Source of the DNA: Octopus vulgaris
Taxonomy: Eukaryota
Direction of reading: 5' to 3'
Assembly (NCBI GenBank): GCA_951406725.2
Contig: OX597819.1
Span: 97,216,001 to 97,280,000, forward strand
DNA: 64,000 nt
Position 1 is the first letter of the stretch. Each line of letters begins with the position of its first letter. The notes beneath the pieces were generated by a model that searched no databases, was not told where the DNA came from, and was given only the letters and a program-made list of their open reading frames with translations. A program made the translations under genes and the position numbers. Shown here piece by piece: positions 40,366 through 53,350 of this stretch.

Positions 40366-41424
40366 ACTAGCAGAGATACTCGGCTTTGCTCGTGTCACAT
40401 GGAATTGAAGAATTAGACTTTTTCTTTTATATTTTCTCTAATGAACTGGAATAGCTATGATTCGAATTTCCTCAAAATTGCAGATTAAGAATTTTAATGA
40501 GGGTTCTTTCCTTCTTAACACACCCTAAAAAAAATTCTAATCATGACATATTTATCCTATACTACTCATCTTTATGTCCAGATTCCAAAATCAAAATCTT
40601 ATGAAACCTGCTGAAAGGATTTTGCTCCTGAAAAATGGAGGACATGGAGCTCTAAAATGTGGAAGTTAAGGCCCCTATTGTGTGTGTGTTGCATCTTAAA
40701 GTCAACCAGAGTAGTTGAATTGCTGGGCATGACCCAACTGAAATAAACAACTGTGTGAGTTTGCCAATGATCACTATGCCGATAGGTAATTGCAGTCTAT
40801 AAATCTCTTTGAATGACCAGTCACTTATCTGGAAAGGCCTTGAAATCAATGTTACCATCTGGGGACTATCTTTTACCCATTGGTAATAAAATGACTGAAA
40901 GGAGGTCTGCAACCAAATAACTTTACTCAAAATAGCACTTTGCAACTGAATCAGCGGAGGCAAAGATGCCTCTCCTTTACTTGACAATTTATGCACCACA
41001 TTGCAGAAACCACAATCTAAGTATATCTCAAAGCAAACTGTTACAGTGTTGTACCATTGAATTATAAATAACACTCATCTTGTATGCTTGGGTAACTCTA
41101 CAGCTTCCAAGAGTACAATTATATTCGTCTTGGCTTAGGACAAATTAATTCGTCCTAAGCCACCTCAAACTCCTTTAAGCCACCTCAAACTCAAACCAAA
41201 CACACAGCACTATACCTGCCCTTATGCATTGAATCTAAGATCCAAATATCATAAGGATCCATTCTGTAATTTTGGTCCATGAAATTGTATGAAACACACA
41301 GCATTAGCCTTCTCCCTAAGCTTGGATTTTGTGTTCCAAATTTCATTAGGATCGGGGCAGTAGTTTTTGAATCTATAAGTAACACAAGAACACACATAAA
41401 GGCATTGACTTTTATATAATAGAT
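40366..41424 (-). mobile_element. Degenerate Helitron
   Basis: Minus strand begins A|TCTATTATATAAAAG and ends with GC-rich hairpin-like CGAGCAAAGCCGAG...CTAG|T. Confidence 0.6.
40750..41135 (+). pseudogene. Heavily decayed Helitron PIF1-type helicase C-terminal fragment
   Basis: Collinear remnants across frames: LCE.A, LKSMLPSG, LCN*, SQSKLLQCCTIEL, G*LY..RV, IFVLA, matching WLCERA / LNSL.PSG / LCNGTR / SQGQTL..GIDL / GQLYVA.SRV / LFVLA. Confidence 0.55.
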
Positions 41425-42098
41425 ATAAATATGCACATATACATACATGTCTATGTGTGTGTGTGTGTTTTATATATATATATATATCATGTATACACAG
41501 AAAGATAGATTGACATATACAATTGAGTGAGCAAACAAAAATATGAGACACTGCTTTGAAGAATTTTTTGTCAAATGAATTGACCACAGTGCTTTTCTAT
41601 ATTTTGATAAGCCTGGTACTTATTCTATCAGACTCTTCTTGACAAACCAGTAAGTTATGAGGATGTAAATAAACTAACAGCAGTTGCTAAGCAGTTATGA
41701 GGAAGAAACAGATACAAAGACACACATATTAGGAATTCACACAGACATTCTCATATATATGTATGCATGCATGCATGTATGTACGTACGCCTGTATGTAT
41801 TCCTGTATATATGTGAGGTAATAGTTTCACTTTAATAGTTTCATTATTAATAGTGAAACTATTAAAGTGACAATATCTGTCATTACAATAGAGAGATGTT
41901 ATTGTTTCACTTTTGACACGTAATACTGAAATAGTAGAAGAGATAAGAGATTGCCCTGGGCTCGCATTAGGCAAGAAGTTGGCACATGGACCCTAAGTAA
42001 GGTATGTGTAAAATTTGAATGAAATCGGTCATGTAATTCTCAAATTTTAGGGATTCACACAGACAAACACACAGATAGACACACATTCTTATCTTTAT

Positions 42099-42482
42099 AC
42101 TAGCAGTATCGCCCGGCGTTGCTCGGGTTGTAAGGGAAATAACTATATAAGCATTTTTAGAGAGTTATAGCCAAAAAATAGCAAAAAAATGCATTAAAAA
42201 TTGAAAAAAAATTAAGGTAAATTTTTTTTTAAATCGTTGACACATCGTAGATATTTTTAGAGAGTTACTTCCCTTATATAAAAGCGAAAAAATGCATTAA
42301 AATGGAAAAATATGATGGTAAATTTTTTTAAATCGTAGACGCGCACTAATACCCAGAAGGGCTCGATATGAATCACGACTATAAGATACCCGCTTTTGGT
42401 TAAACTGCACGGCAAAATGTGGGAGTAGTTACGAATCTAAATCGAAGGGGACAGACACACAACTTCACTCTTATATAAAGAT
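42099..42482 (-). mobile_element. Young non-autonomous Helitron within a cluster of Helitron remnants (~41930-42098, ~42850-43263)
   Basis: Minus strand A|TCTTTATATAAG ... CCCGAGCAACGCCGGGCGATACTG-CTAG|T; internal tandem duplication; CpG-rich. Confidence 0.75.
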
Positions 42483-42494
42483 GCTTTTTTTTTT

Positions 42495-42810
42495 TAGTCA
42501 TATAGTTAGATTTATGAAGGTCTTCAGTAGAAAATCCTTCGAATTCTGACTCGCTGCTTGATATAATGAAATTCGTATCCATTTTTTGTCAGAATTACAA
42601 ATTTTGAAAACACAATAGGAACAAATTTCGGAAAAAAATCTCCCATAATTCACGGAATTAAAATTACACTTCGATTTTTGTACAAAACTGTATTTGAAGT
42701 GTTTACGAAGTATAATACGTGTTTTCACGAATGTACTAAAGAGATTTACTCTGATATTCTCATTTAAATATGAATAGGTAAATTCGGGCGGTTTGGTAAC
42801 GAAAGGGTTT
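42495..42810 (-). mobile_element. piggyBac-like 5' end fragment
   Basis: Minus strand terminus AACCCTTTCGTTACCAAACC, then MDTNFIISSSESEFEGFSTED, an acidic transposase-like N-terminus. Confidence 0.6.
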
Positions 42811-43475
42811 ATATAAGTGTCGTCTGTTTATACATAAACACTGTTTCATACTTTCAGTTTAGTCTTGCTCAAATCACTCTGTCGCTAATTTACTCTCTTC
42901 CAAGAACATTTTCACTCACTGTTATCTGTTAGCTTCCCATACATTTTACTCATGTATCTATCAGCGTGATAGACAGAAACAAATATTACATTTACTTTCA
43001 TTTTATTCGTCGCACACTGTGTGTGTGCGTTTGCGTGTGGTGTAAACCAGACTAAGAAAAGCATTTGACACACACACCAGAATGTGAGTTTTCTGTAAAT
43101 TTTGCTTAATTGGAGTTTAAATTTTAAAAACTGGACCTGGCATGACGCGATGCATTGTACTCTTAAAAATGCTAGGTAAATTGTAATTGAAGAAATCCTA
43201 TATTGTAGATTTGTATAACTCCCAAAGGGAGGCAGATAAAATCTGCCTTTTATAATAAGAGATATATTGATGACTGTAACACACACACACATTCATACAC
43301 AGACACATACACAGTCAACTAAAGTAATGAAACTGAATATGATACTAAACTATACCAGTACATTGTTTTATAAGATAACTATGAATGACAATATACTATG
43401 TCTATAATGAAGAAACAACAGTATAGGGGAAAATGACAAATACTCCTGCAGATTATATATATATATATATATATA

Positions 43476-43654
43476 GGGAAAGTTTACAAAAAAAACAAAA
43501 GACGAAGACAGGTGGTGTACAAAACAAATAGATGTATTAGTATAGCACTCAGGAATAGAAAAAGTCTTTTACGTTTCGAGCCTACGCTCTTCTACAGAAA
43601 GGTACACAGAAAAAACGAGAGAAAAAAAATGTGTGTAGTGGCTAATGATCTATC

Positions 43655-43655
<1 letters not shown>
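43476..43655 (-). mobile_element. Probable solo pLTR of a second Penelope-like family, embedded in (TA)n, with hammerhead-like motif at 43566-43601
   Basis: Minus strand cttt-CTGtAGA-a-GAGC-gtag-GCTC-GAAA-CG-TA-aaag; stems I and II pair perfectly; one core substitution. Confidence 0.6.
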
Positions 43656-43703
<48 letters not shown>

Positions 43704-44082
43704 ATATAGTTGAAGGTTTTGGTCCTTCAGACCAAAAAGCAATAAAAGTTGATGAGTAACCCAAAATAGGCAGGGAAGGGGGCTTTTCTCCTCACTCTCC
43801 TCTCAAGTCGATGGTAAATATTGATACCCATAGTGGATATCAGCAAATGTGTATGTGTACACACATACATTTACATACACATATCATCATTGTCATCATC
43901 ATCATTTAACATCTGTCTTCCATGCTGGCATGGGTTGGATGGTTTGACAGGAGCTGGTAAATCTGAGGACTGCGCAATGCTCCTCTGTTCATTTTTAGCA
44001 TGGATTTTACAGATGGATGCCCTTCCTAATGCCAACCACTTTACAGAGTGCACACACACGAAATGGGATTTACTGTTCTCTT

Positions 44083-44585
44083 CTTAACCTCTTGACAACA
44101 GTTGACGCAAGCCCACCTGTGGTTATATATGATGTAGAGCTGCCCTACATTTATCACGGACTTTTTAGCGGCTGACGTATATTTTACGTTCGCTATCGTG
44201 TACTTTATCCCTTGAGGTGTGCACGCTCGCCCTCCCGTGCATTATCTTAGCTATTTCAGGTTACATTCAAGTCATGAGACTAGCAGTAGACCAATGGCAT
44301 GCGGATACTTTACATGCATAATACCGTGTTTTGAGTTGTACCACACGCAAGCTATTTTTTGAACTTCAACAGAATAACTCGTGCATATCATATGATAAAT
44401 AGCTTCACATAGTTCGCTTTCATAAACCGGTAGGCGTAAATGTACGACACTATGTTATTGTAATGGTGAATGCAAATAGACACGAGCTTGTTGGCACTTG
44501 TGTGTTTGTGTGGCCTCATTAAATAAAAAAAAAAACCAGAGCAGAGTCTTGCATGCTTCGGGTAATACCGGCGTCAAGGGGTTAA
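44083..44585. mobile_element. piggyBac-type non-autonomous element (~500 bp)
   Basis: TTAA-CCTCTTGAC...GTCAAGGGG-TTAA; CpG-rich interior unlike the flanks. Confidence 0.75.
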
Positions 44586-45570
44586 TCATTTATACACATT
44601 CACAGGGATAGAAGAATATTAATGTAAAATCAGATAAAATTGTTTAAGAACCAATCAATGTTTATATGTTGTCTCCTTGCCCTATTACACAACAACAAAC
44701 AAATGAAACCTATGTTTTTACATCTAAAATTGTTTAATGCAAGATCACCCTTAATGAGCAGACCTATGATCAAAGGTATTCTAGCTACAACCTTCCCATC
44801 TTTCTATATATTTATGACTACAGTGTCCCATGTCATTTTTTTAAAGAAAGTAGTGTGATTTGCAGAAAATTTGGCTGCTATTTCTAGAAGATTGAGTAAC
44901 CACTTAGAGGTTCTATCTATTGTATTGTTAAGTACACTCACTACTACTACTACAAAACCAATTAGTAGACCAAAGTTCTGAGAGAATAATTGCAGTAACT
45001 GCAGCAGAAGGCTGATTGAATTACTGTAAGTCAATTATTGAATAAAAAACAAAAAAAAAAACAAAAAAAAAAACAAAAATAGAAGAATGAGCTTTAACGA
45101 AATATATCTGATGGGATTGGTTAAACAATTTTCAGTTTCAAAAACAGAACTATTGAATAAGCAAATAAAAGACAATGGGCAGGAGGTGGAGATAGGAGAG
45201 GCATTATGATTATTAGTTCTAACCAGTCAGATTAAAACTGGTAGAAAAATCCAAGACCTAGTTTCATTCCTCACTTCTAACACTTTCACTTAGCTTGAGA
45301 TTTTCTTAGCCACAAATTTGACTCTTAGTGTATGTACAAGAAATCACTAGCTCTTCCAGTCTTCTTGTCGATGACGATGGTGTTATAGTAGTAATAGTTC
45401 AGGTGCAATATAGAAGAAATAGAGAAAAGAACATTTTTTTTTCATTTTTTATAAATAAAGTCAGTAGGTTAAATAGTTTCTAAGTGAAGGCCACAAATTT
45501 GGAAGATGGTGCAACAGTTTTGGCAAATTGACCCCAGTATTTGAGAGAAATTGTTATAGTCAAACTGACT

Positions 45571-45807
45571 ATAAAGGTGGCAAGCTGGTAGAATTGTTAG
45601 CAAGCCAAGTGAAATGCTTAGCGGTATTTTATCTGCCACTACGTTCTGAGTTCAAATTCCACCAAGGTCGACTTTGCCTTTCATCCTTTTGGGGTCGATT
45701 AAATAAGTACCAGTTACGCACTGGGGTCGACATAATTGCCTTAATCCCTTTGTCCTTGTTTGTCCCCTCTATGTCTAGCCCCCTGTGGGCAATAAAGAAA
45801 TAAAAAG
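45571..45807 (+). mobile_element. Full-length tRNA-derived SINE with TSD
   Basis: Head GGTGGCAAGCTGGTAGAA, B-box GAGTTCAAATTCC, core GGTCGACTTTGCCTTTCATCC, A-rich tail; 13-bp TSD AGTCAAACTGACT at 45558-45570 and 45808-45820. Confidence 0.9.
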
Positions 45808-45849
45808 AGTCAAACTGACTCCAGAATTTGGCTGGTAATTTTTCTCTTT

Positions 45850-46390
45850 AACTTTTATAGCCTTCTCTCCTTCAAGACCAAAGGGGTTTATGGACATCTA
45901 CTACTGTTGCCCAAAACCATATCGGATGTCATATTTTGGAAACTTCTGCACCTACAATATGAAATTGAGGGTCCACCCAAGCTAATAGGGAATAGTGGTT
46001 CATGGTGAGGTCTGCAGAAAGGTTGTAACCATCATAATCCATGTTTTGATTCCCTAGAGAAGAATTATCTTTACACATACTCTACAGGAGGCCAGTCTTG
46101 TTAATTTTGAAATACTTCATTGTCAGATGAACTGAAGCTTGTTCAGGCTAGTCCCTTGTGTGTCATGAAGACTTTTTTACTGTCAGCAACATAAGACTCA
46201 AAGTACTTGAAGCTACTCCTTCAGTTGTCTGCTATCATTGGGACAAAACAGCAGATAGCTTTCGTCCTCACTGACAATCAGGTATACAGTCTTATTTGGA
46301 TTGAGAAACTGACTAACTTTGACTGCAGCTTTCTCAAAGATTGTTAATAAGTCTTGCAAGAGAATATCTTTTATTGCACAACAGAGTATT
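45850..46390 (-). mobile_element. RTE-like LINE RT C-terminal fragment (different subfamily)
   Basis: QDLLTIFEKAAVKVSQFLNPNKTVY...QLKE..FKYFESYVADS. Confidence 0.65.
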
Positions 46391-47433
46391 ACATACATTG
46401 AAAGAATTCTAAATTAAATATATCTTTATCATATATATTTTAATATTGGAAAAGTTTGACGTGACAGTATTGTTAAATAATCTTACTGATATTTATTTCA
46501 ATTAATTAATTAAGTCCACATTTCTCAGTTAAACTACCTTTGTTTTAGCTGCAATATATGACATTTATTGACTACAGCTACTTTCTCCAGTTTTCATATT
46601 TCAACTCACATTAAAACTTGCTAAGTGTTAACAATAGAAATTCTAATTTTAAAACATCTTTAACTAAATTAAATTATCTCAGGCATCTTCAATGAATATT
46701 TTCAAGCATAACCTGAGGTCAACCAAAATTTTGTAAGTGAAATTTGGTAGACAGAAAACTGTATGGACTGTCTGTTCCTATTCTTGGGCAGTTTGTTTAA
46801 CCCTTTTGATACCAAACCACCTGAGACCACCCCTGGTTCTATGGCACAATTTTATTGTTTTAAAGTGATCTAAATTATAGTTTTCCATCAAAACTTGTTA
46901 ATTTGTTCTAGATACAAGCTTAATAATGAGAAAGTTATTTTACTAAATTGTTCTTTATTTTAGAAATTAATTGAAACAAAGGTAGTATATATGTCAATAG
47001 AAATATGATAGCAAAAAGGTTAAGCCTGTGGCCAGTTTAAAACTTGTGTCTGGTCCTAGAATCCAGTCTGTAGCAAATATTCAGTTTAGATATCAATGAT
47101 CTGGGTGATACACAGAGGGGAGTATGAACAATAATTATGTAACTGTCAGTGCAAAGGAAGAGCTATAATTTAGCTTCATGAAATTGATTTGTCCTTTCCA
47201 CTGTCAACATAAATGGTCAAGTATTTGCTGCATATCAACAAAAGTAAAAATCAGCTAATTATCCTTCATTACATACTACAAGTTCATTTACCTAAACAGT
47301 GATCTTGCATCAAATGGCATTAATGTTCAGAAAAGATACTACAATCTTGGTAATTATTAGTTTTCAGTTACTGAACACTTACTCATTAGTAACTTTCCTG
47401 ACACATAGTCCCCTGTCTTCTGACAAAACTTAC

Positions 47434-47516
47434 TTGAGAACTCAAGATTCAAAAATATTGATGATTAAGCAAATATTTAACACAATTTCTTATACTGCTG
47501 AAGGAAGTTAGATAAC
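47434..47516 (-). other. Candidate 83-nt non-coding exon
   Basis: Minus strand TTTTCCATACTTCTACAG|GTTATC...TCTCAA|GTAAGT; stops in all three frames; alternative GTAAGT donor about 50 nt further on. Confidence 0.4.
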
Positions 47517-50483
47517 CTGTAGAAGTATGGAAAATAATTTCATTCGATAACATTGGCCAATGTGAGATTAAGAGACAAGAGTACATGTACGGATATCTGA
47601 TATCGGTGTAGAATACAGACTTCTGGGAATGGAGAGAGTGTGAGTAATTCAGAGAGAAGAAAAGAAGTAATGAGGTAAGATGCGAAAATATTGGGCCTGG
47701 GAGATGGATGAAATAGTATGAAGATGAGAGGAGATATGTTACAATCATATCTAACACATGCTATGGGAAAACGGGCATTAAATCAATGGCAAAGACAGTA
47801 AAGTAAAATATTTCTTTCTATATGTCTACAGAAATAGATAAATTCCTGAAGTTAAACATTACTAGTAGATAAAGTTTATCATCTTAAATGTGTTCTTCCT
47901 TGAGCTGAAGAAAGAGCAGAGTTTGTATGTTGTTGCCGTGACTACTAGAAATAACAGCCAAATTTCTCTCAAATCACACCCACAATGAATAATGTATGGT
48001 CACGACTGGATCATTTCTGATATGTCTAGTGCATCAGGCATGGTTGTATGGCAAAGAAGTTCACATAGCAACCATCTAGCTTTAGGTTCAATCCCATCAA
48101 GCAGTGTTGAGTAAATGTGTTTGAACAAAGTCTTGCATTGTTAGTGAAATTTATTAGATGGAAACTGAATGGTAGTTCATTATGTATATATGTACATGTG
48201 TTTGTTTCTTTAGCCATATACTGCAAAGATGTTAATCTCAGCCAAAAAGTAAACAAATGACGTACTCATTAAAGGAAGTTCACCAAGGTGCAGGTACTTC
48301 CATAGTTACTCTCACTTCCAGAAAGATAGTGATTGATCCATTAAAAATTGTAGCTGATAATGCTAATGTACACAAATTGTGACATAAATTAAATAAACAA
48401 CAATGTATGTTTTTTACATTAAATCAAACTAGATACTATATAAACATGAATCCAGGATAGAAAAATTGCTGCCATAACCACCCACAAGACTTGGATCAAA
48501 TATTTGTTATAATCCAGACAACTGTGCTATTGTATAATAATTACATAATGATGCTATTATGTGATTAGAGACCTGTATGTGGTTCTCGTATCTTTTATTT
48601 TTTTTAACTTTTTTCAGACATTTCACTGTGGGGCCAAACTGGAGCACCACCTTAAAGAGTTTTAAGTGAAACAAATCACCCACCAGTACTATTTTTCTTT
48701 GAAGTTTAGTACTTGTTCTCTAAGTTATAGGGCTATAAACAAACCAACACCAACACACAGACACACACACTTATAGATATGCATACATGAGAGGCCTCCA
48801 CACAGTTTCTGCCTGCAAAATTCACTCATAAGGCATTGGTTGGCCCAAGGCTGCAATAAAAGACACTTGTCTAAGGTACCAAATGGGACTGAACCTGAAA
48901 TTATGTATTTGCAAAGCAAGCTTCTTAATCACACAGCCATGCCTGCACATCTGCATATTTTTTATATTTTGAATTTGTGTTGATAAAGTGTCTACTTTAA
49001 TTGATTCAAATCATTATAATTGAAAATTTTAACACTTTTGTTAACATATGCTACTAATATTAATAATGCTGTAGGTCTTTACAAAATCATAACATTGAGA
49101 ATTTCAGACGTGGGGAGGCAGGGGGGGGGATTCTTTCATAAATTATACAGCAATAATAATGAACTTTTACACTATGTAGTGAAGAAGACTAACTCAGCTT
49201 CCACATTCAAATCTTAATCACTTTTTTTTTTAATCACAGTTCAAATTATCGTAATTTAATTTTTAATGTTCCACTTCTAATAATTGTCGGCATCATCACT
49301 CTCATCAACAGTAAATTACATAAAGCGATGTAGCTATTATTTGGCCCATGGTCAAGCCTGATTGATTAGGCCTATGATCAAGAGTATTCCAAGACATCTG
49401 CTTTAGAGCTATCTAGACTACAATTATCTAATGTATTCTTCTCTTTTAAATGGCAATAGGATTATAATTTGGGAAAGATATGGCTGTCATTTCTAGCAGG
49501 TTACATGATCATGTAAAAGCTTGCTCATCAGCCTGCTAGTTGTAAAATAAGGTGAATTTACATGTTTCATTAATTTTACAATCTTTATTATTAATACAAC
49601 TTTCCACTTGGACCATCTTATCTCAGTCAAGCCTTCTCATATATTTTAGTGAGGCCAGATTTAAATTATGTATTAGTCTGATTGAATTTTTTGCCATTTC
49701 ACTTATCCACTGCCTTTTGCACCGTTCTCAGCATTATCTTCAGAATTATCTACAGAATGCCAACACTCATTTTAATATTTATTTTTATGATATCAGGGAA
49801 CACATCTGACAGTGGTAATCTCCATAGTTAACCATGTGGGTTAAAGATTTCATAAAATAATTTTTTTAAATCGCTATGTACTTCAGCTGTTGATCTCTAG
49901 CAGGTTCTCTTACCACAATCAATTCTTTAACAGAATTTTTGAAAGATGTCAGAAGTTAACAAAAACCATCTTAGATTAAATTGCCAATACATTTCATCAC
50001 AATTATCTGATAAGTTCATTTCACAACTATACCAGTAAATCATCCTGTCCTCACAACTATATTTTACCAGAACACATTGACTATTACACAATAAGTATTC
50101 CAGCTTAGCAGACAACGTTTCTCTGTCTCTCTGTCTCATAACCGCACTGCACAACCTCAACCATATCAAGCTAACAAGAAGGGTCTACAGAGTGGCTCAA
50201 AATGTTAGAAATAACAGCCATATTACTCTCAAATCATATCCCACTTTCTTACACAAGATACATTTGATAATGTAATCACTTATATATAAAAAAAAAATTC
50301 ATAGTAGGAATGAATTTCATAATAGGTCTACTGAATCAGAGCTAATTTGGGGATAAATAACAACAAAAATGTCAGTCATACCATGTTATATACTGTGATG
50401 TTTAATGAACTGTTACATCTACTAATGCTATTACAATTATAAACTTTCTAAATTAACTTGAAATTAATGATAAACCGAAAGTT

Positions 50484-50839
50484 CATATTGTTGCTATTAT
50501 GTTAAACTGTTGTATGTCCAAATTTGGCCAAACGTGTTTTGTTTTAACCTGTCGTATCTCCAGCTGCTTCAGATGGCAAGATATGAAAATTGTCAAAGTG
50601 TAGTACAATGGTTTAGCATTTTTCAAAAGTGTAGTAAGTCCCACGTTCAACAGTTTTGCAAAAATAAAATATATCATACATGCATGGATTTAAAATTTTA
50701 TGCACCCAACAAAGTATTAGTGTTAAGCTGAAACTGTTGCTAATGTAAAAAAGAAACGGAATGGTGAAACTATTTTTTCGTTTTCTGAAAAAGCAAATGT
50801 TTTGGACTTAAGACACTTTTACATAATAGCAATGATATG
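50484..50839. mobile_element. Unclassified MITE
   Basis: 19-bp imperfect TIRs CATATTGTTGCTATTATGT / ACATAATAGCAATGATATG; TSD not resolved. Confidence 0.6.
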
Positions 50840-53303
50840 CTTTACTTTTATTTTCCAGATTTTTCAGAATCTTAACATACTGTGCTACCAGCATGCCAGT
50901 TTTGCCCAATCACAACTGATTCTGGGCTACACAACAACAACAGTACTACTGACATCCATGTTGTAATTGTTATATCTATTCCTACAAAGGTTGACTCCTG
51001 TCTTATGATTCAAATCTATTCTGCAATTTTAATGTTTAGTCACAAAGTCCTTCTATTTATTGATTCCTATTTTGTAAGTAACAAATGCAAAAATATATAT
51101 ATTAGAACAAGTTGAGCCATTATCTTTCACTCTAGCAGACTGTCCATATTTATTTAAATATCTAAGTAAATGTAAGAGAATAGGCTGTCAGAGTGTATTT
51201 AAGCACAATTCTTATATGTCACCTTAAGTTAGTCTCATACATTAACATGCAACATGTAGCTATATACGCAACAAGTATTAGAAAGATAAACTTCAGTTAG
51301 ACATTTCTAAAATTCGAAAAAGCTTTATCAATCAGATGAATCACTAAGTTTAATTATCCAGTAACATGTACAATGATCAAAAGCTTCCTGAACAAAATTA
51401 GTATCTATTATAGTTTTGTTTCCAACTATAACAATAAAGCAATTCCATCAGCAAAATCAACTGTCTTCCCTTTCATGTCTTGGACAAGCATCTTTCCTCG
51501 GCATTAAATTTAAATAAATGTAAACCATCATAGACATAAATTACTTCATATTTTGTATGCACAAACAATTCTGCTGAAAGCTGATGAAGCAATTCTATTT
51601 CTCTGATAAAAATGTTTTCTAAAAAGACATTCAACTTAGACCCAAAATTCTATATTGGATATGACATGGCAGTATAACAGCACAACTCCCCAACATTGTC
51701 ATAATAACCTTTTAGGCATTCCTCTCAATCCTTTTTTTTTTTCTTTCTTTCTTTTTTCTATCATTAGAAAAAAAATTCAGGAGAGCAGTCCTTCCTAAAA
51801 CAGCACACATTTTATTATCCAATTATTATCTTGACAAATAGGAATGAGTAATTAATAGTACAAAAGAAACAAATTTAATATTCAGTCATTAAATGTAACA
51901 GGTGTGTTCTTTCTGAATGACTAGTTATTAACAATCTACCTCAGGGGGCTGTTATCAGAAAATAGATTATCAGCTACACTTCACCAAGGAATGACATACC
52001 ATCATATATTTTCTCTGTTAATAAAATGTAACATTATAGTCAAAGAATAACAAATAAAATAAAGATCTAATCACATTAATCCAAGAATACCAATATACAG
52101 TTCATACAGTAAATATAAAATAATTATGAATCTGTAAATTTTGAATGAAAAAAAAATCTTCAGTGGCTGGAATTTAAGATGACATAGGACAATTTCCCAG
52201 GGATGCAGTCAGTATGAACAATATACAGTTAAGTAGGAGCTCATTTTAATTTAGTGAAGCACCAAAAGAAGGTTCATTAATTTAAAAAATTATTACCATT
52301 AATAACAATTTTTGCTAGGAGTGGCAAAGGAGAAAATTCTTAGAGTGAAACTGATTAAAACTAAATGGTTTTATAGGCTTAATGTTTTAATTATGAAGAG
52401 AAATGAGAACAGAAAACCACAATGTTCATAAGGAAGTATACAAAGAATTAATCCAAAAAATAAATGTTCACAGAATATCATGAAACATATACATATTTCA
52501 CATGCACACACCTTGCATAGGAATAGATACAGTAGGGTTGTCATAAAACGTATTACATAGGTCAACAAGAAAGGATGCATGCAGTAACTCATTCAGCAAG
52601 AAATATCAGCTAAATTTCATTAAATCACCAAAAAAAGATATAGTGGCAGCAACTAGAACAATTTTGATCATAGGTCTACTGGATCAGAATTGACCTGGGG
52701 CTAAACAACAACTGTTATTAGCTGTGTAGCTAATTAAAGCAAGTGAAGTGAAAGCTAACTGTGAAAGTGAAAGAAATTAAATTATCGTCCTGAAAAATCC
52801 TCCAGCAGTATTGTTTTTGAAGATATAATAAACTTGTTCCCTGCCTAATGGCTTCTAAATATGAGGACAGTGGGAACAACTAGTAATTATTTGTTAGTGA
52901 AGCTGATATATAGTACAGAAAGGCATTGCCATTTGCAGAAATACATTTGAGGTTATGAGGTCATTACCAACATATTTTTTTGAAATAATACAAGCACTAT
53001 CATGCTAACTGAGAGATGAAGTCTTTCACAGTGACATGGACTTATACAGAAAGATTAATTTATTGAATATTTTTACACAAGCAGAAGGGAGTAAAGGAAA
53101 CAGGATAAAAATAGCAGATGTAGAGGAGAGAATCATTGACAAAGTGAACTTTTGGAAACATTTGTAATTGTTGTTGTTGCTTAGCCACACAACTGTCATG
53201 ACTGCATAGAATTATGATGAAAGCCTCCCAACTATGACCAGCCATCATTTTATATAACAAGGACTACATTTTATAACATATACTTAACGTGTGTGTGTGT
53301 GTA

Positions 53304-53346
<43 letters not shown>

Positions 53347-53350
<4 letters not shown>

